A DNA stretch of 64,000 bases from Candidatus Woesearchaeota archaeon (GTDB lineage Archaea > Nanobdellota > Nanobdellia > CAYMVK01 > CAYYFB01). The notes under the pieces are model-generated. The model was given only the letters and a program-made list of their open reading frames with translations. It was not told the origin of the DNA and searched no databases. Each line of letters starts with the position of its first letter. Positions within the stretch are counted from its first letter, which is position 1. The translations under genes were made by a program, and so were the position numbers. The stretch lies in assembly GCA_964471255.1 (NCBI GenBank), contig CAYYFB010000001.1:37923-101922 (forward strand). Reading direction: 5' to 3'. Of this stretch, positions 46,190 to 55,197 are shown piece after piece.

Positions 46190-47331
46190 GAGAAGGGGTA
46201 TCAGTCCTTATTTTTATTTCCATAGCTTTTATTGTAGCTACATCCGGATGCTTAAAAATGATGGGGGTAACTCAAGAGGAATTAGAAGAGCTTGGGTTAT
46301 CCGAGTCTCCTTTCTTCTCATTTCTTGCAGGGGGAGTAAAAAAGAAGGTTGTTACACCAGAAAAAAAGATAGAAGCTCCAAAATATGTCGGAATGGATAT
46401 CTTACTTATAGAATATCCAAAATCTATAATTCCGGGGTCAATTTTTGACATGACGGTTGTTATAGGAAATAATTACTATGGGAGTACTGCTGGAAATGTC
46501 GTCCTTACGGTTAGATTCCCTCCAGGCTTTAATATAAGTGTTGTAGATGCGGCAACCCAAAACATAACCTTACTTCCAGAAGGAAATCCAAACGTAGCAG
46601 TAATAAAGTATGATAAAATAGATTACAACGAGGGGGATGTCATTACTCTAACTGTAAAGGCCCCACCAAGAGAAGTAACGGGCTCTATAAGGGACTTCTG
46701 GAAGATAGATTTCTCTCTTACCTATTGGTACTCCACTTTTACTAGACTCACTACACGAATTACTTCTACTTCTTACTACAGAAATATTCTTGGAGTTGAA
46801 AACATAACTCCCATAGAAGTAAAAAGGATGGCCGGGGAGCTTTCTATTTATCCAGAATTGGAAAAGATAGGTAGAGGCCCTATAAAGATACCTGACAGTG
46901 TTTTTGGAGGAGGGGGTCTTTCCTTTCCTAAAGTTTTTACTTTTAGATTTTCGAATGATGGGAAAGGAATAGTACTAGGTAATGTTACATTTTATTTTAT
47001 AGGTATAAGAAGAGAAGGGTTTATAACAACTGAGATTCTTACTGGCGCTGGAATTTGGAAAGAAGCTGATAGGAAAGACCTTCAGAAACTCTCTTCTCTC
47101 GGGTTAGAAATGGCACACAGAATGCTTTTAGATAGCATGTCTGCAGGATATCCTATATATAAAGCTGAGGTTTCCCCATGGAGAAAGAAAATAGTCCTTC
47201 CTGTTAATATGAAAGATATTTCATCTTCCTTAAAGAACACATTAACTGAATTTCCTGTCTTACTACTCGCAGTTTATCAGTACGAAATAGATAGGACTAT
47301 ATATATTCTGATGGAGAAACAAGGTATATGA
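46186..47331 (+). CDS. putative lipoprotein with a CARDB/Ig-like beta-sandwich segment (operon gene 3 of 4)
   Basis: Signal peptide plus lipobox-like VATSGC. IIPGSIFDMTVVIGNNYYGSTAGNVVLTVRFPPGF resembles CARDB-type domains. Confidence 0.65.
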   Translation: MREGVSVLIFISIAFIVATSGCLKMMGVTQEELEELGLSESPFFSFLAGGVKKKVVTPEKKIEAPKYVGMDILLIEYPKSIIPGSIFDMTVVIGNNYYGSTAGNVVLTVRFPPGFNISVVDAATQNITLLPEGNPNVAVIKYDKIDYNEGDVITLTVKAPPREVTGSIRDFWKIDFSLTYWYSTFTRLTTRITSTSYYRNILGVENITPIEVKRMAGELSIYPELEKIGRGPIKIPDSVFGGGGLSFPKVFTFRFSNDGKGIVLGNVTFYFIGIRREGFITTEILTGAGIWKEADRKDLQKLSSLGLEMAHRMLLDSMSAGYPIYKAEVSPWRKKIVLPVNMKDISSSLKNTLTEFPVLLLAVYQYEIDRTIYILMEKQGI

Positions 47332-48329
47332 AGAAGGAATTTCCTATTTTCCTTTTTTCTCTGATTTTAACTCTTATGCTAACTGGTTGTATCCAAAAAG
47401 GTGAAAGGGGGAACATTTCTAAAACTGCTGCTATAAGCTATGCTCCTTATCCCTCATTTTATGCTGAAATAGTACTCCCACCCATTAAGAGCATTGCTGT
47501 AAACGAGAAACTCCCAGTCAAGTTAAGTATATACAACCAAGGAGAAGAAGACATGTTGATTAGATGGGTAAGAGTTGAAGGCTCTACTTCTGGACTTGCT
47601 ATTTACCCTTCCCCCAAAATTGAGATTAATAAAAAGGTAAAACCAGGAAGGTTCCTAAGGACGTATTTTAATATAACCCCTTACATCACTCCATGGGAAC
47701 AGGTGTCAAAAACCCTGTACTTTTCTGTGTGTTATGATTATAAATCAATAATTGAAATTCAGGATATTTACCTAACAACAAGTGAGGAAAGTTACTTAGA
47801 AAAGAAAGATTTAAAACTCAAATCACCAAAGTCAAAATCTCCAGTAGTTATAGAAGTAGAAGAATTTAAAAATGGAATTACCATACCTCTAAAGTCTGCT
47901 TATTTGCTAAAAAGAAAAGGAAATTACTATGAAGTCGATTTAGATCTTTCCATAAGGATAAGAAATCTAGGAAAAGGAAAAGTATTTAAGGAGTGTAAAA
48001 ATCTACAGAAAGGCTTGAAAAGTCTTATTCTAGAGTTTTGGTTTCCTCCAGAAGTTGATGTTAGCATACCTGTGGATGAAAATCCCGATATAGAACAAGG
48101 AGGAGTAAGTATAGAAGAGGAAGAAGCTTACAAGAAAGTTAGAATAGAAATAAAGAAAACCTCGTTAGAATATCTGTCTTCTTTAGATGAAATAAATCCA
48201 ATTATTCATCTAAAAATAAAAACCAAGGAAGAGTTCGAAGGAGCCTTTACAATAAGAGCTGAGACCTCTTTTTCTTATAGAGATATCATGAAAGATGCTT
48301 CATTTACCCTTACAATAACAGAAAGATAA
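47328..48329 (+). CDS. putative lipoprotein (operon gene 4 of 4)
   Basis: Signal peptide plus lipobox-like LMLTGC; LPVKLSIYNQGEEDMLIRWVRVEG is Ig-like. Confidence 0.65.
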   Translation: MKKEFPIFLFSLILTLMLTGCIQKGERGNISKTAAISYAPYPSFYAEIVLPPIKSIAVNEKLPVKLSIYNQGEEDMLIRWVRVEGSTSGLAIYPSPKIEINKKVKPGRFLRTYFNITPYITPWEQVSKTLYFSVCYDYKSIIEIQDIYLTTSEESYLEKKDLKLKSPKSKSPVVIEVEEFKNGITIPLKSAYLLKRKGNYYEVDLDLSIRIRNLGKGKVFKECKNLQKGLKSLILEFWFPPEVDVSIPVDENPDIEQGGVSIEEEEAYKKVRIEIKKTSLEYLSSLDEINPIIHLKIKTKEEFEGAFTIRAETSFSYRDIMKDASFTLTITER

Positions 48330-48332
48330 TTT

Positions 48333-49127
48333 CTATATAAAGTAAGGAGGCCTTAACTTTCTTTTTCTTTCCCTTTCAAATAAGTCCACGAAAAATTTTT
48401 CTATTTCTGCCCTTTTCCTCATCTCTTCCATCAATTTACTCTCCTTTAACTGCTTCTCTTGAAGCTCAATATCTCTATCTATCCTTCCAAAGTTTATTCC
48501 AAAACCATATACCCTGTCTAAAACCGAAAGAACGGCTTTTACAGCTTTTAATCCTATTTCTAGTGATGTTTCTCCAAGTAAGCAAATACTTGGGATTCCT
48601 TCAAGGTCGGCATATCCTACCAATAAGCCGGCTGCACCAACAACTGTACCAATCCTTTCAGGATCAAAAACCACCCCCTTCTTAGAGAATTTTATTTTAA
48701 GGGCCCTTGAGTTAGTGATACCATATACTCTAGGAGGATCTTGAGGTTTCTGTACACCATAGCCTCCTACTGTGATTATTTCCTTAGGATTGCAACGAAG
48801 CACTTCCTTAAAAATTAACATGGAAAATTTATAGCTTTTTTTCTCTTCAGCAGGCTGAGTTGAAGATGTTACCAGCAAAAAATCTCTCTTTTTTATCCTT
48901 TTTTTATAAAATTCAATCTTAGGCAAGGTAAATTTTCCATTATTATTTAAGAAAATAATGTGAGGAAGATAATCAGTATAAATTTCCAATATTTTTTCAG
49001 CTTTTAATTCACTAGCTAGATAATCAAGCGTCATCTTTCCTACATTTCCTACACCTACAAATCCGGCTATAACTGTTGGCTTTTTGATCTCCTCAAGTTT
49101 TTTCTTCTCTTCTCTTTTTATTATCAT
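48333..49127 (-). CDS. PAC2-family proteasome assembly chaperone-like protein (COG1938)
   Basis: PTVIAGFVGVGNVGKMTLDYL... with a coiled-coil tail. Confidence 0.7.
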   Translation of the reverse strand: MIIKREEKKKLEEIKKPTVIAGFVGVGNVGKMTLDYLASELKAEKILEIYTDYLPHIIFLNNNGKFTLPKIEFYKKRIKKRDFLLVTSSTQPAEEKKSYKFSMLIFKEVLRCNPKEIITVGGYGVQKPQDPPRVYGITNSRALKIKFSKKGVVFDPERIGTVVGAAGLLVGYADLEGIPSICLLGETSLEIGLKAVKAVLSVLDRVYGFGINFGRIDRDIELQEKQLKESKLMEEMRKRAEIEKFFVDLFERERKRKLRPPYFI

Positions 49128-49278
49128 ACATACCTTTTGCTATCCTCCTATATTTACCCCACCTGTCCTCGGGCGAAAATTTGGGTGGGATCTTCCTTTT
49201 TGTCTTTCTCCCACAGATAGGGCAGTTTTCCTGGAGTGTGTATCTTTTACAAAAGTTACACCATCTTATCTTTTTCAC
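49093..49278 (-). CDS. nop10: H/ACA RNP component Nop10
   Basis: MKKIRWCNFCKRYTLQENCPICGRKTKRKIPPKFSPEDRWGKYRR. Confidence 0.9.
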   Translation of the reverse strand: MKKIRWCNFCKRYTLQENCPICGRKTKRKIPPKFSPEDRWGKYRRIAKGMYDNKKRREEKT

Positions 49279-50051
49279 ATTGCCTCTATTTCAACTTCTA
49301 AGCCATATTTGCTTCCTATATTAGTAATTTCTTCTAAATACTTGGATATTTCCCTGCTTAGTTTTTTTATATTCTCCGCTTCGAATATAAGGAAATAAAA
49401 CGGGGCCCCTTGATAGCTCAAAGAAAAATTAAAGGACTTTAAAAGATCCTTAATTTCTTTCATAAAACTACGAATTTTCAGGATACCGTCCCCATCAAAA
49501 CTTATTACTTTTATTTTATATCTTAATTTCTTCTTTTTCTTTTTGAAGCTCTTTTTTAGAAAGGAGCTAAAATCTTCAGCTATCTCTCTGGGGAGAATTG
49601 AGGAAATAACTCCCCCCTCCTCTATTTCCCTCAGAAAGAGATCTACTAATTCCTCTTCCTCTAAGTATTTTCTCCAATATTTTTCAAAGAATTCTTCAAA
49701 AGAGAGTTTTCTGTTTTCGCAGTATTGTTTGATAATATTAACGAACCTCTTCAGCAGATCGAGATACCTTTTCTTATTTTTTCTTTCTAATTCATTAACC
49801 TTTTTTATTGATAAAACTGCAAATTTTTTTGGTGTCTCTGTCTTTAGAACCTTACAAAAAACCCTTTGCCCAACTTTCACCGCCTTTTTGATATCTTTTA
49901 TTTTTCTAGTGGATATCTCTGAAATATGAACAATACCCGTCCAATCTTCAAACTCTAGGAGTTCACAGAAAGCAGCTACAGGTGTTAGTTTTTTTATTTC
50001 ACAAAAAACTATGTCATGCTCTCTTGGGGCTTTTCTTCTTTTAATTAGCAT
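49275..50051 (-). CDS. eif2a: translation initiation factor aIF2 alpha subunit
   Basis: S1 domain: DIVFCEIKKLTPVAAFCELLEFEDWTGIVHISEISTRKIKDIKKAVKVGQRVFCKVL. I place the start at MLIKRRKAP (50051), overlapping the rps27e stop; the longer track ORF would run through rps27e. Confidence 0.85.
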   Translation of the reverse strand: MLIKRRKAPREHDIVFCEIKKLTPVAAFCELLEFEDWTGIVHISEISTRKIKDIKKAVKVGQRVFCKVLKTETPKKFAVLSIKKVNELERKNKKRYLDLLKRFVNIIKQYCENRKLSFEEFFEKYWRKYLEEEELVDLFLREIEEGGVISSILPREIAEDFSSFLKKSFKKKKKKLRYKIKVISFDGDGILKIRSFMKEIKDLLKSFNFSLSYQGAPFYFLIFEAENIKKLSREISKYLEEITNIGSKYGLEVEIEAM

Positions 50052-50218
50052 GGCTTCATCACCTCTATTATTTGCGCCAAGATTTTTGCCTTGCCTCCAC
50101 GCGGCTTTGCAAGTATTTCCCCACATACTATGCATTTTACAACTGTAGAGGCTTTCTCGAATATTATTTGTTCACTACCGCAGTTTGGACATTTTACCTT
50201 AAGAAACCTACCACCCAT
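50045..50218 (-). CDS. rps27e: ribosomal protein eS27 (57 aa); not in the ORF track
   Basis: MGGRFLKVKCPNCGSEQIIFEKASTVVKCIVCGEILAKPRGGKAKILAQIIEVMKPC, the C4 zinc ribbon typical of eS27. Confidence 0.85.
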   Translation of the reverse strand: MGGRFLKVKCPNCGSEQIIFEKASTVVKCIVCGEILAKPRGGKAKILAQIIEVMKPC

Positions 50219-50230
50219 ATAACCAGATTA

Positions 50231-50536
50231 CTATTTTAATTCAATTGACTTAGCTCTCCAGCCAGAAAGATTCCAAGCTTTCTTACAGACAGTACAAGTT
50301 AGAAGTAAAGAAACCTTTGTTGAAGTTTTTGACCCGTATCTTCCTTTATATCCTCCAGAAGATTTCTTCATGGTGGGTTTGACAGATCCTGTATAACCTG
50401 CGACTTTTCTTTCATATCTTCTCTGTCCAGCTTTTAAAGCACCCCTCCTTTTGCTGGGTTTTACTATTTTCACCTTATGCAAGGTGTATGTTCTACAGAA
50501 AGGGCAATATTTTCTTATTTCTTTGGGATACTTCAT
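50231..50536 (-). CDS. rpl44e: ribosomal protein eL42 (L44e)
   Basis: MKYPKEIRKYCPFCRTYTLHKV...GQRRYERKVAGYTG...CTVCKKA. Confidence 0.9.
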   Translation of the reverse strand: MKYPKEIRKYCPFCRTYTLHKVKIVKPSKRRGALKAGQRRYERKVAGYTGSVKPTMKKSSGGYKGRYGSKTSTKVSLLLTCTVCKKAWNLSGWRAKSIELK

Positions 50537-51102
50537 CTGATCACCTCCGCTTTTCCTCTTTTTTCAAGTATCTCAACAATATCTCCTGGTAATTTTACTA
50601 TATCCTCCCGAGAAAAAGGACCATATTTTTTTCCATCTAACCAGACAAATTGAGGTATATCATCTAATATTCTAACTTTTATTCCCTCCTCTTCTGGAGC
50701 GGAAGTTATTTCGCTTATTATTTTATTTCTAGTGTCATATAGTTCTTGCGCGATCTTTCTGAATAATTCGGCTTCTATTTTCAGGAAATTTCTGGTGGAA
50801 AGCATCTTTGGATTCCTTTCAGAAGCTAATAGGGCTAAATAAACACCTTTTCTGAATCTTTTTAGAAATATCTTTTCTATCATTTCTCTTACAGATTTAA
50901 GTTCTTCCTCTAGTCTTTTCACTTCTCTCTCTATAACAGGATTCTTTATCCCTTCTAATTCTTTTATCTTTCTCTTTATCTTTAAAAAATATTCCTTAGC
51001 CTTTTCTATGAAATCATCTCCGAGTTTTGTAGGTCTTAGTTCATCAGCTAATTCTTCTCTTAAGATCTCCGCGATTTCTCTTGTATACTCCTCCTTAACC
51101 AT
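50533..51102 (-). CDS. GINS subunit (Gins51/Gins15-like)
   Basis: Sits immediately downstream of the primase gene, the conserved archaeal priS-gins pairing. The C-terminal B-domain-like segment is RILDDIPQFVWLDGKKYGPFSREDIVKLPGDIVEILEKRGKA. Confidence 0.6.
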   Translation of the reverse strand: MVKEEYTREIAEILREELADELRPTKLGDDFIEKAKEYFLKIKRKIKELEGIKNPVIEREVKRLEEELKSVREMIEKIFLKRFRKGVYLALLASERNPKMLSTRNFLKIEAELFRKIAQELYDTRNKIISEITSAPEEEGIKVRILDDIPQFVWLDGKKYGPFSREDIVKLPGDIVEILEKRGKAEVIR

Positions 51103-52361
51103 TCCCTATACCTCCTTAATGTATAGGTGAGAGGGTTTTTTATACCTTCGCACAGACGATCTTTCTGGCATATATTCATATCTAGGTAGTAAGATTTATT
51201 GTCACAATTAGGAGGCATATAAGGTTCTTTCAGTTTTTTATGCCATTTTAATTGAGATTTGAGGTAACTTTCTCTTAGCGGTGGATCGTTCTTCTCGTTC
51301 CATTCCCACACAAGCTTCTCAATACTGGGAAATTTCCATCCAACTCGCCAGAGGAAATTAACTAAAATAAAGAGAGCTCTTTTTCTTCCATCTTCAAGGC
51401 CTTGGAGAATTCTTTTGATGCATGGAGGGAAAAATTCCTCTGGAATTTTCTTTTTTGTTCTTATTTTTCCAATTTTTTTCTCTGTTTCAATTTTCATTTC
51501 GAATTTCTTAATAAAGGACCATTCTGATGCCACTTTAAAAAGAAATTTTGCGTCATTTCTTTTTCCCTCAGGAATAAAAGAAAGATCCACCGTCACGTTT
51601 TCTGGAACAGCATCTTCAACTCTAAATTTTATCGGATCTTTTATCGGAATGCTAATTAACCACTTCTTCTCATTAAAAGAATACGAAGATCTAAAAAGAT
51701 GTCTTTTACTCATTGCTCCAGAATCTATCTTAACAAGCTCTTCTATCTTAAGTTTTTCCCCATCAAATATCTTTTCTTCACTTTTTCCAACCAACTCAGC
51801 CAATTCATCTAGAAAATATTTGTCTAACAAGTATTTTTCGAATGGTTCTTTGCAATAGACATAAAGGTATTCACATATGTCTCTACCTAGGTCTGGAAAC
51901 AAATTCACAACCGCTTCCCCTTCAATATGGGGAGGAAAGCTCTCAAAGGGGACTATTATATGAAAACCTGTGGAGCCGGAGAATTTGACACCGAATCTTG
52001 TAATGTCGTGATCCTTAAGAGCGTCTATCACAAATTTAGCGTAGATTTTGGAGAGAGTTAATGATGAAGAATCTATATCTATTAGCAGGTCCCATCCAAT
52101 CCTAAGTTCATCTAATTCACGGTCCTTCATTTCTTTTCTGAGCAAAAGAGGAGCTTTCCATCTCTCTACGCTGACATGAAAACTTGTGGCTTTGCGTTTT
52201 ACAATTTCTAAAACATCCTTCTCATGCAATATTTGGGAAGGTCTTTTTGAGAAAGTACCGTCATAATATCTCCAACATACTTCACGATTTTTGGCTTCTT
52301 CTGCGATCTTTTCCCTTATTTCCTTTCTTGAGTAGTAGGCTAAGATTCTGGAAAACCTCAT
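51060..52361 (-). CDS. DNA primase, fused PriS catalytic domain + PriL C-terminal Fe-S domain
   Basis: N-terminal WDLLIDIDS and KFSGSTGFHIIVP (AEP catalytic motifs). C-terminal FPPCIKRILQGLEDGRKRALFILVNFL...YMPPNCDN...CQKDRLCEGIKNPLTY (PriL-CTD 4-Cys pattern). Confidence 0.8.
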   Translation of the reverse strand: MRFSRILAYYSRKEIREKIAEEAKNREVCWRYYDGTFSKRPSQILHEKDVLEIVKRKATSFHVSVERWKAPLLLRKEMKDRELDELRIGWDLLIDIDSSSLTLSKIYAKFVIDALKDHDITRFGVKFSGSTGFHIIVPFESFPPHIEGEAVVNLFPDLGRDICEYLYVYCKEPFEKYLLDKYFLDELAELVGKSEEKIFDGEKLKIEELVKIDSGAMSKRHLFRSSYSFNEKKWLISIPIKDPIKFRVEDAVPENVTVDLSFIPEGKRNDAKFLFKVASEWSFIKKFEMKIETEKKIGKIRTKKKIPEEFFPPCIKRILQGLEDGRKRALFILVNFLWRVGWKFPSIEKLVWEWNEKNDPPLRESYLKSQLKWHKKLKEPYMPPNCDNKSYYLDMNICQKDRLCEGIKNPLTYTLRRYREWLRRSIQEKSRRS

Positions 52362-52420
52362 AACCTTGAGGATGTTTCAGTGAAATTATAACTTTAACAT
52401 CTTAAAAAGATATTTTTGGT

Positions 52421-54718
52421 GTGGGTTACCTAGAGGCCATCAAAAGAGGTATTCTAGAGGGTATTAAAAATAGACATAGGAGAATTATTGTAATTTCTGG
52501 AAATAATAGAGAAACGGAATTGATCAAAATTTTAAAAGATATATTCTCTATTTTTAAATACAAGAGATTGCTATTCTTTGGGACTTCCCTCAAAAAGGAT
52601 TTAGAAAAAAAGTTATCAGGAATTTGCTCCAGGCTAGGGGCAAGATTTGAATACCATTTATTTAAAGAAACCGATGCTTTCATGGGGACTACTCAGGAAT
52701 TTCTTATATTGGACCTAACTGAAAACCTTCTTCCAAATGATCTCGGAAGATTAATAGAAACTGTAAAGGGTGGTGGAATAATAATATTCCTCACTCCTCC
52801 GCTGGAGAAATGGAAAAAGATGAAATTAAAATATCATGAGAAATTGGTTACCCCCCCGTATAAAATAGAAGATACGAGAAATATCTTTCTATCGTGGTTT
52901 ATTAAGAAACTAAAAGAAGCCGAGGGGGTGATGATCATAGATTCCGACAAAAGAAAGATAATCAAGAGCTTTAAAAGAGAAAGAAAGAAAAAAACAAATA
53001 CAAAGCAATTAGAAATACCAAAAGAAAGAATGTTCTCTGAAAGCATATATAAACAGTGTATTACACAAGATCAGATAGATATCTTAAAAGGACTAGAAAA
53101 TGTATTAGTTGAAGACAAAATTAGTGTTATAATTACAGCAAACAGGGGGAGGGGAAAATCGGCGGTTGTAGGCATATTTATGGCAGGTTTTATTGAAGAA
53201 ATGGAAAGAAAAGTAAAAATAGGTGTAACAAGTCCTCAAATTGAAAACTTATCAACGTTTTTTGAGTTTCTTGAGAAAACTGCAAAGAAAATAGGATCAA
53301 AGGTCCGTAAATACGAAGAAAAAGGTTTTGTAAGAGTAAAAATTGGAAAAGGAATTATAGAATACAGAAAGCCACCGAGGCTTCTAAAGAGAAGATACGA
53401 TTTGGTTTTCATTGATGAAGCGGCGGGAATACCTGTAAATTTACTCTACGCTTTTCATGAAAAGTTCCCAAAAGCCATCTTCTCCTCAACTATCCATGGG
53501 TATGAAGGGGCTGGGAGATCCTTCTCAGTAAGGTTCTTGAAAAGAATTTGTGAAACCAAAGAAAAAAAGATTTTACATCTTAAGATGAAAGAACCAATAA
53601 GATATGGAGAAGGTGACCCAATAGAGAAGTTTGTTTATGAAGTGTTTTTGCTTGATGCTGAACCAGAGGAAATATCCTCAAAAGAGATAAAACGGGGTGT
53701 GAAGTATATTGCGCCAAAAGCCGAGGATCTTTTTTTGAAAAATGAGAGAATGCTGAGACAGTTTGTGGGGATATATATTTTAGCTCATTATAGAAATAGG
53801 CCAAATGATTTACTTCTCCTGGCTGATGCCCCCCACCATTTTCCGCGTGTACTCGTCGTCAATGGTAAAGTGGTAAACGCAACCCAAGTAGCTGTAGAGG
53901 GAGGGCTAGATGAAGAGTGGATTGGAAGAATGATAAAAGGAGAGGCCCCCAGTGGTAATATAATCCCTGATAGAATCCTAAAATATTACCGTTGGAAAGA
54001 ATTTGGGTATGAAAGAGGATACAGGATTGTTAGAATAGCAACACACCCAACTTTGATGGGAAGGGGGATAGGAAGTAGAATGCTAACTGAAATTGAGAAA
54101 GAAGCAAGACAACTTGGGTTTGGGTGGATAGGATCTGGCTTTGGTGCCACTCCTGAGTTATTAAGATTTTGGCTAAAGAACGGCTTTTTACCCATCCATA
54201 TCAGCCCCGAAAAAAATGAGGTCTCTGGCGAGTACTCTGTAATTGTTATTAAGCCTATAAAAAGAGATATTAAAAAAGTATTACAGGAAATAAATCTAGA
54301 ATTTAAAAAAAGATTGATTGAAAGTTTAGCTGAGGTTCACAAGGATCTAGATGCAAAAATAGCAAGGTTACTTTTATCTCCTTTCTTTAAAAACATGAAA
54401 TATAAGGAAGAGTTTTCAAAATATGAGATTCATAGATTGGAAGGATTCATTAAAGGTCTTTTTACCTATGAGACATCAATGGATGTCATTAAGAAAATTG
54501 TAAGGTGGTACTTTCTCAATCCAAAAAGGTTCCTTGATGAAAAAGAGGAAGTTCTCCTAATAAAAAAAGTATTTCAACATCTTTCTTTTAGAGAAATTTG
54601 CCGAAAAGAAAAGATCAGTGTTAAAGAGGCAATAAAGTTATTAAAACGAGGAATTCGGAAAATTTGGACTGAGTTTAAGAGAACTTATAGAAAAGCAGGT
54701 AGGAAGAAAAAGAGATAA
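52421..54718 (+). CDS. tmcA: tRNA/rRNA cytidine N4-acetyltransferase TmcA (Nat10/Kre33 homologue), GTG start
   Basis: ITANRGRGKSA (Walker A), FIDEAAGIP, HGYEGAGRSF, GNAT core RIVRIATHPTLMGRGIGSRML. Confidence 0.85.
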   Translation: MGYLEAIKRGILEGIKNRHRRIIVISGNNRETELIKILKDIFSIFKYKRLLFFGTSLKKDLEKKLSGICSRLGARFEYHLFKETDAFMGTTQEFLILDLTENLLPNDLGRLIETVKGGGIIIFLTPPLEKWKKMKLKYHEKLVTPPYKIEDTRNIFLSWFIKKLKEAEGVMIIDSDKRKIIKSFKRERKKKTNTKQLEIPKERMFSESIYKQCITQDQIDILKGLENVLVEDKISVIITANRGRGKSAVVGIFMAGFIEEMERKVKIGVTSPQIENLSTFFEFLEKTAKKIGSKVRKYEEKGFVRVKIGKGIIEYRKPPRLLKRRYDLVFIDEAAGIPVNLLYAFHEKFPKAIFSSTIHGYEGAGRSFSVRFLKRICETKEKKILHLKMKEPIRYGEGDPIEKFVYEVFLLDAEPEEISSKEIKRGVKYIAPKAEDLFLKNERMLRQFVGIYILAHYRNRPNDLLLLADAPHHFPRVLVVNGKVVNATQVAVEGGLDEEWIGRMIKGEAPSGNIIPDRILKYYRWKEFGYERGYRIVRIATHPTLMGRGIGSRMLTEIEKEARQLGFGWIGSGFGATPELLRFWLKNGFLPIHISPEKNEVSGEYSVIVIKPIKRDIKKVLQEINLEFKKRLIESLAEVHKDLDAKIARLLLSPFFKNMKYKEEFSKYEIHRLEGFIKGLFTYETSMDVIKKIVRWYFLNPKRFLDEKEEVLLIKKVFQHLSFREICRKEKISVKEAIKLLKRGIRKIWTEFKRTYRKAGRKKKR

Positions 54719-55166
54719 AAGCCAATATAGGGTACCAATTAGGAATTATAACTCCAAAAACCTTGAAACATCCCATTATTTTTGTTGTCCAATATCCTTC
54801 CTCTATCCATTTTCCTGCTGCTGGATCGTCTGGAAGAGGACAAACAATTCTCCAAACAAAGAACAGAGCATCTTCTAAAAGTACCATACTACTTAAATTA
54901 GCGATTGTTAGGAACAGAAAAGCTTTCTTTTTCTTTCTAAATAGCAGATCTATAGCTGGAAGCAATGACAGATAAAGAAAAAGTGGAAACATGTAAAAAA
55001 AGTGATAAGGGGAAATTCCCCTTAAATAGACTTGAGGAAACCATTCCTTGGACCAGTTATACACTCTCCTGTAATCCATAAATGCGTACTCCATAAGTCC
55101 GTAAAACAGGCTAACAAAAACAACAGTAATAAAGCTTATGCAAAAGTACCTTAATCTGTCACTCAT
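54675..55166 (-). CDS. hypothetical polytopic membrane protein
   Basis: 163 aa with 4-5 hydrophobic helices. It overlaps the tmcA 3' end by 44 nt, convergently. Confidence 0.5.
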   Translation of the reverse strand: MSDRLRYFCISFITVVFVSLFYGLMEYAFMDYRRVYNWSKEWFPQVYLRGISPYHFFYMFPLFLYLSLLPAIDLLFRKKKKAFLFLTIANLSSMVLLEDALFFVWRIVCPLPDDPAAGKWIEEGYWTTKIMGCFKVFGVIIPNWYPILAFISFSSYLLFYKFS

Positions 55167-55197
55167 AAAGTGTGTTTCCTACTTACTTTAAAGCATT

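Noticed and set aside
62-50701. Possibility that the CTGGAGCG excess merely reflects a repeated peptide motif or a dispersed mobile element.
   Set aside because: The copies are translated in all three frames and both orientations in unrelated conserved genes. Flanks beyond about 11-13 nt share no similarity, so neither a protein repeat nor a MITE or IS fragment explains them.
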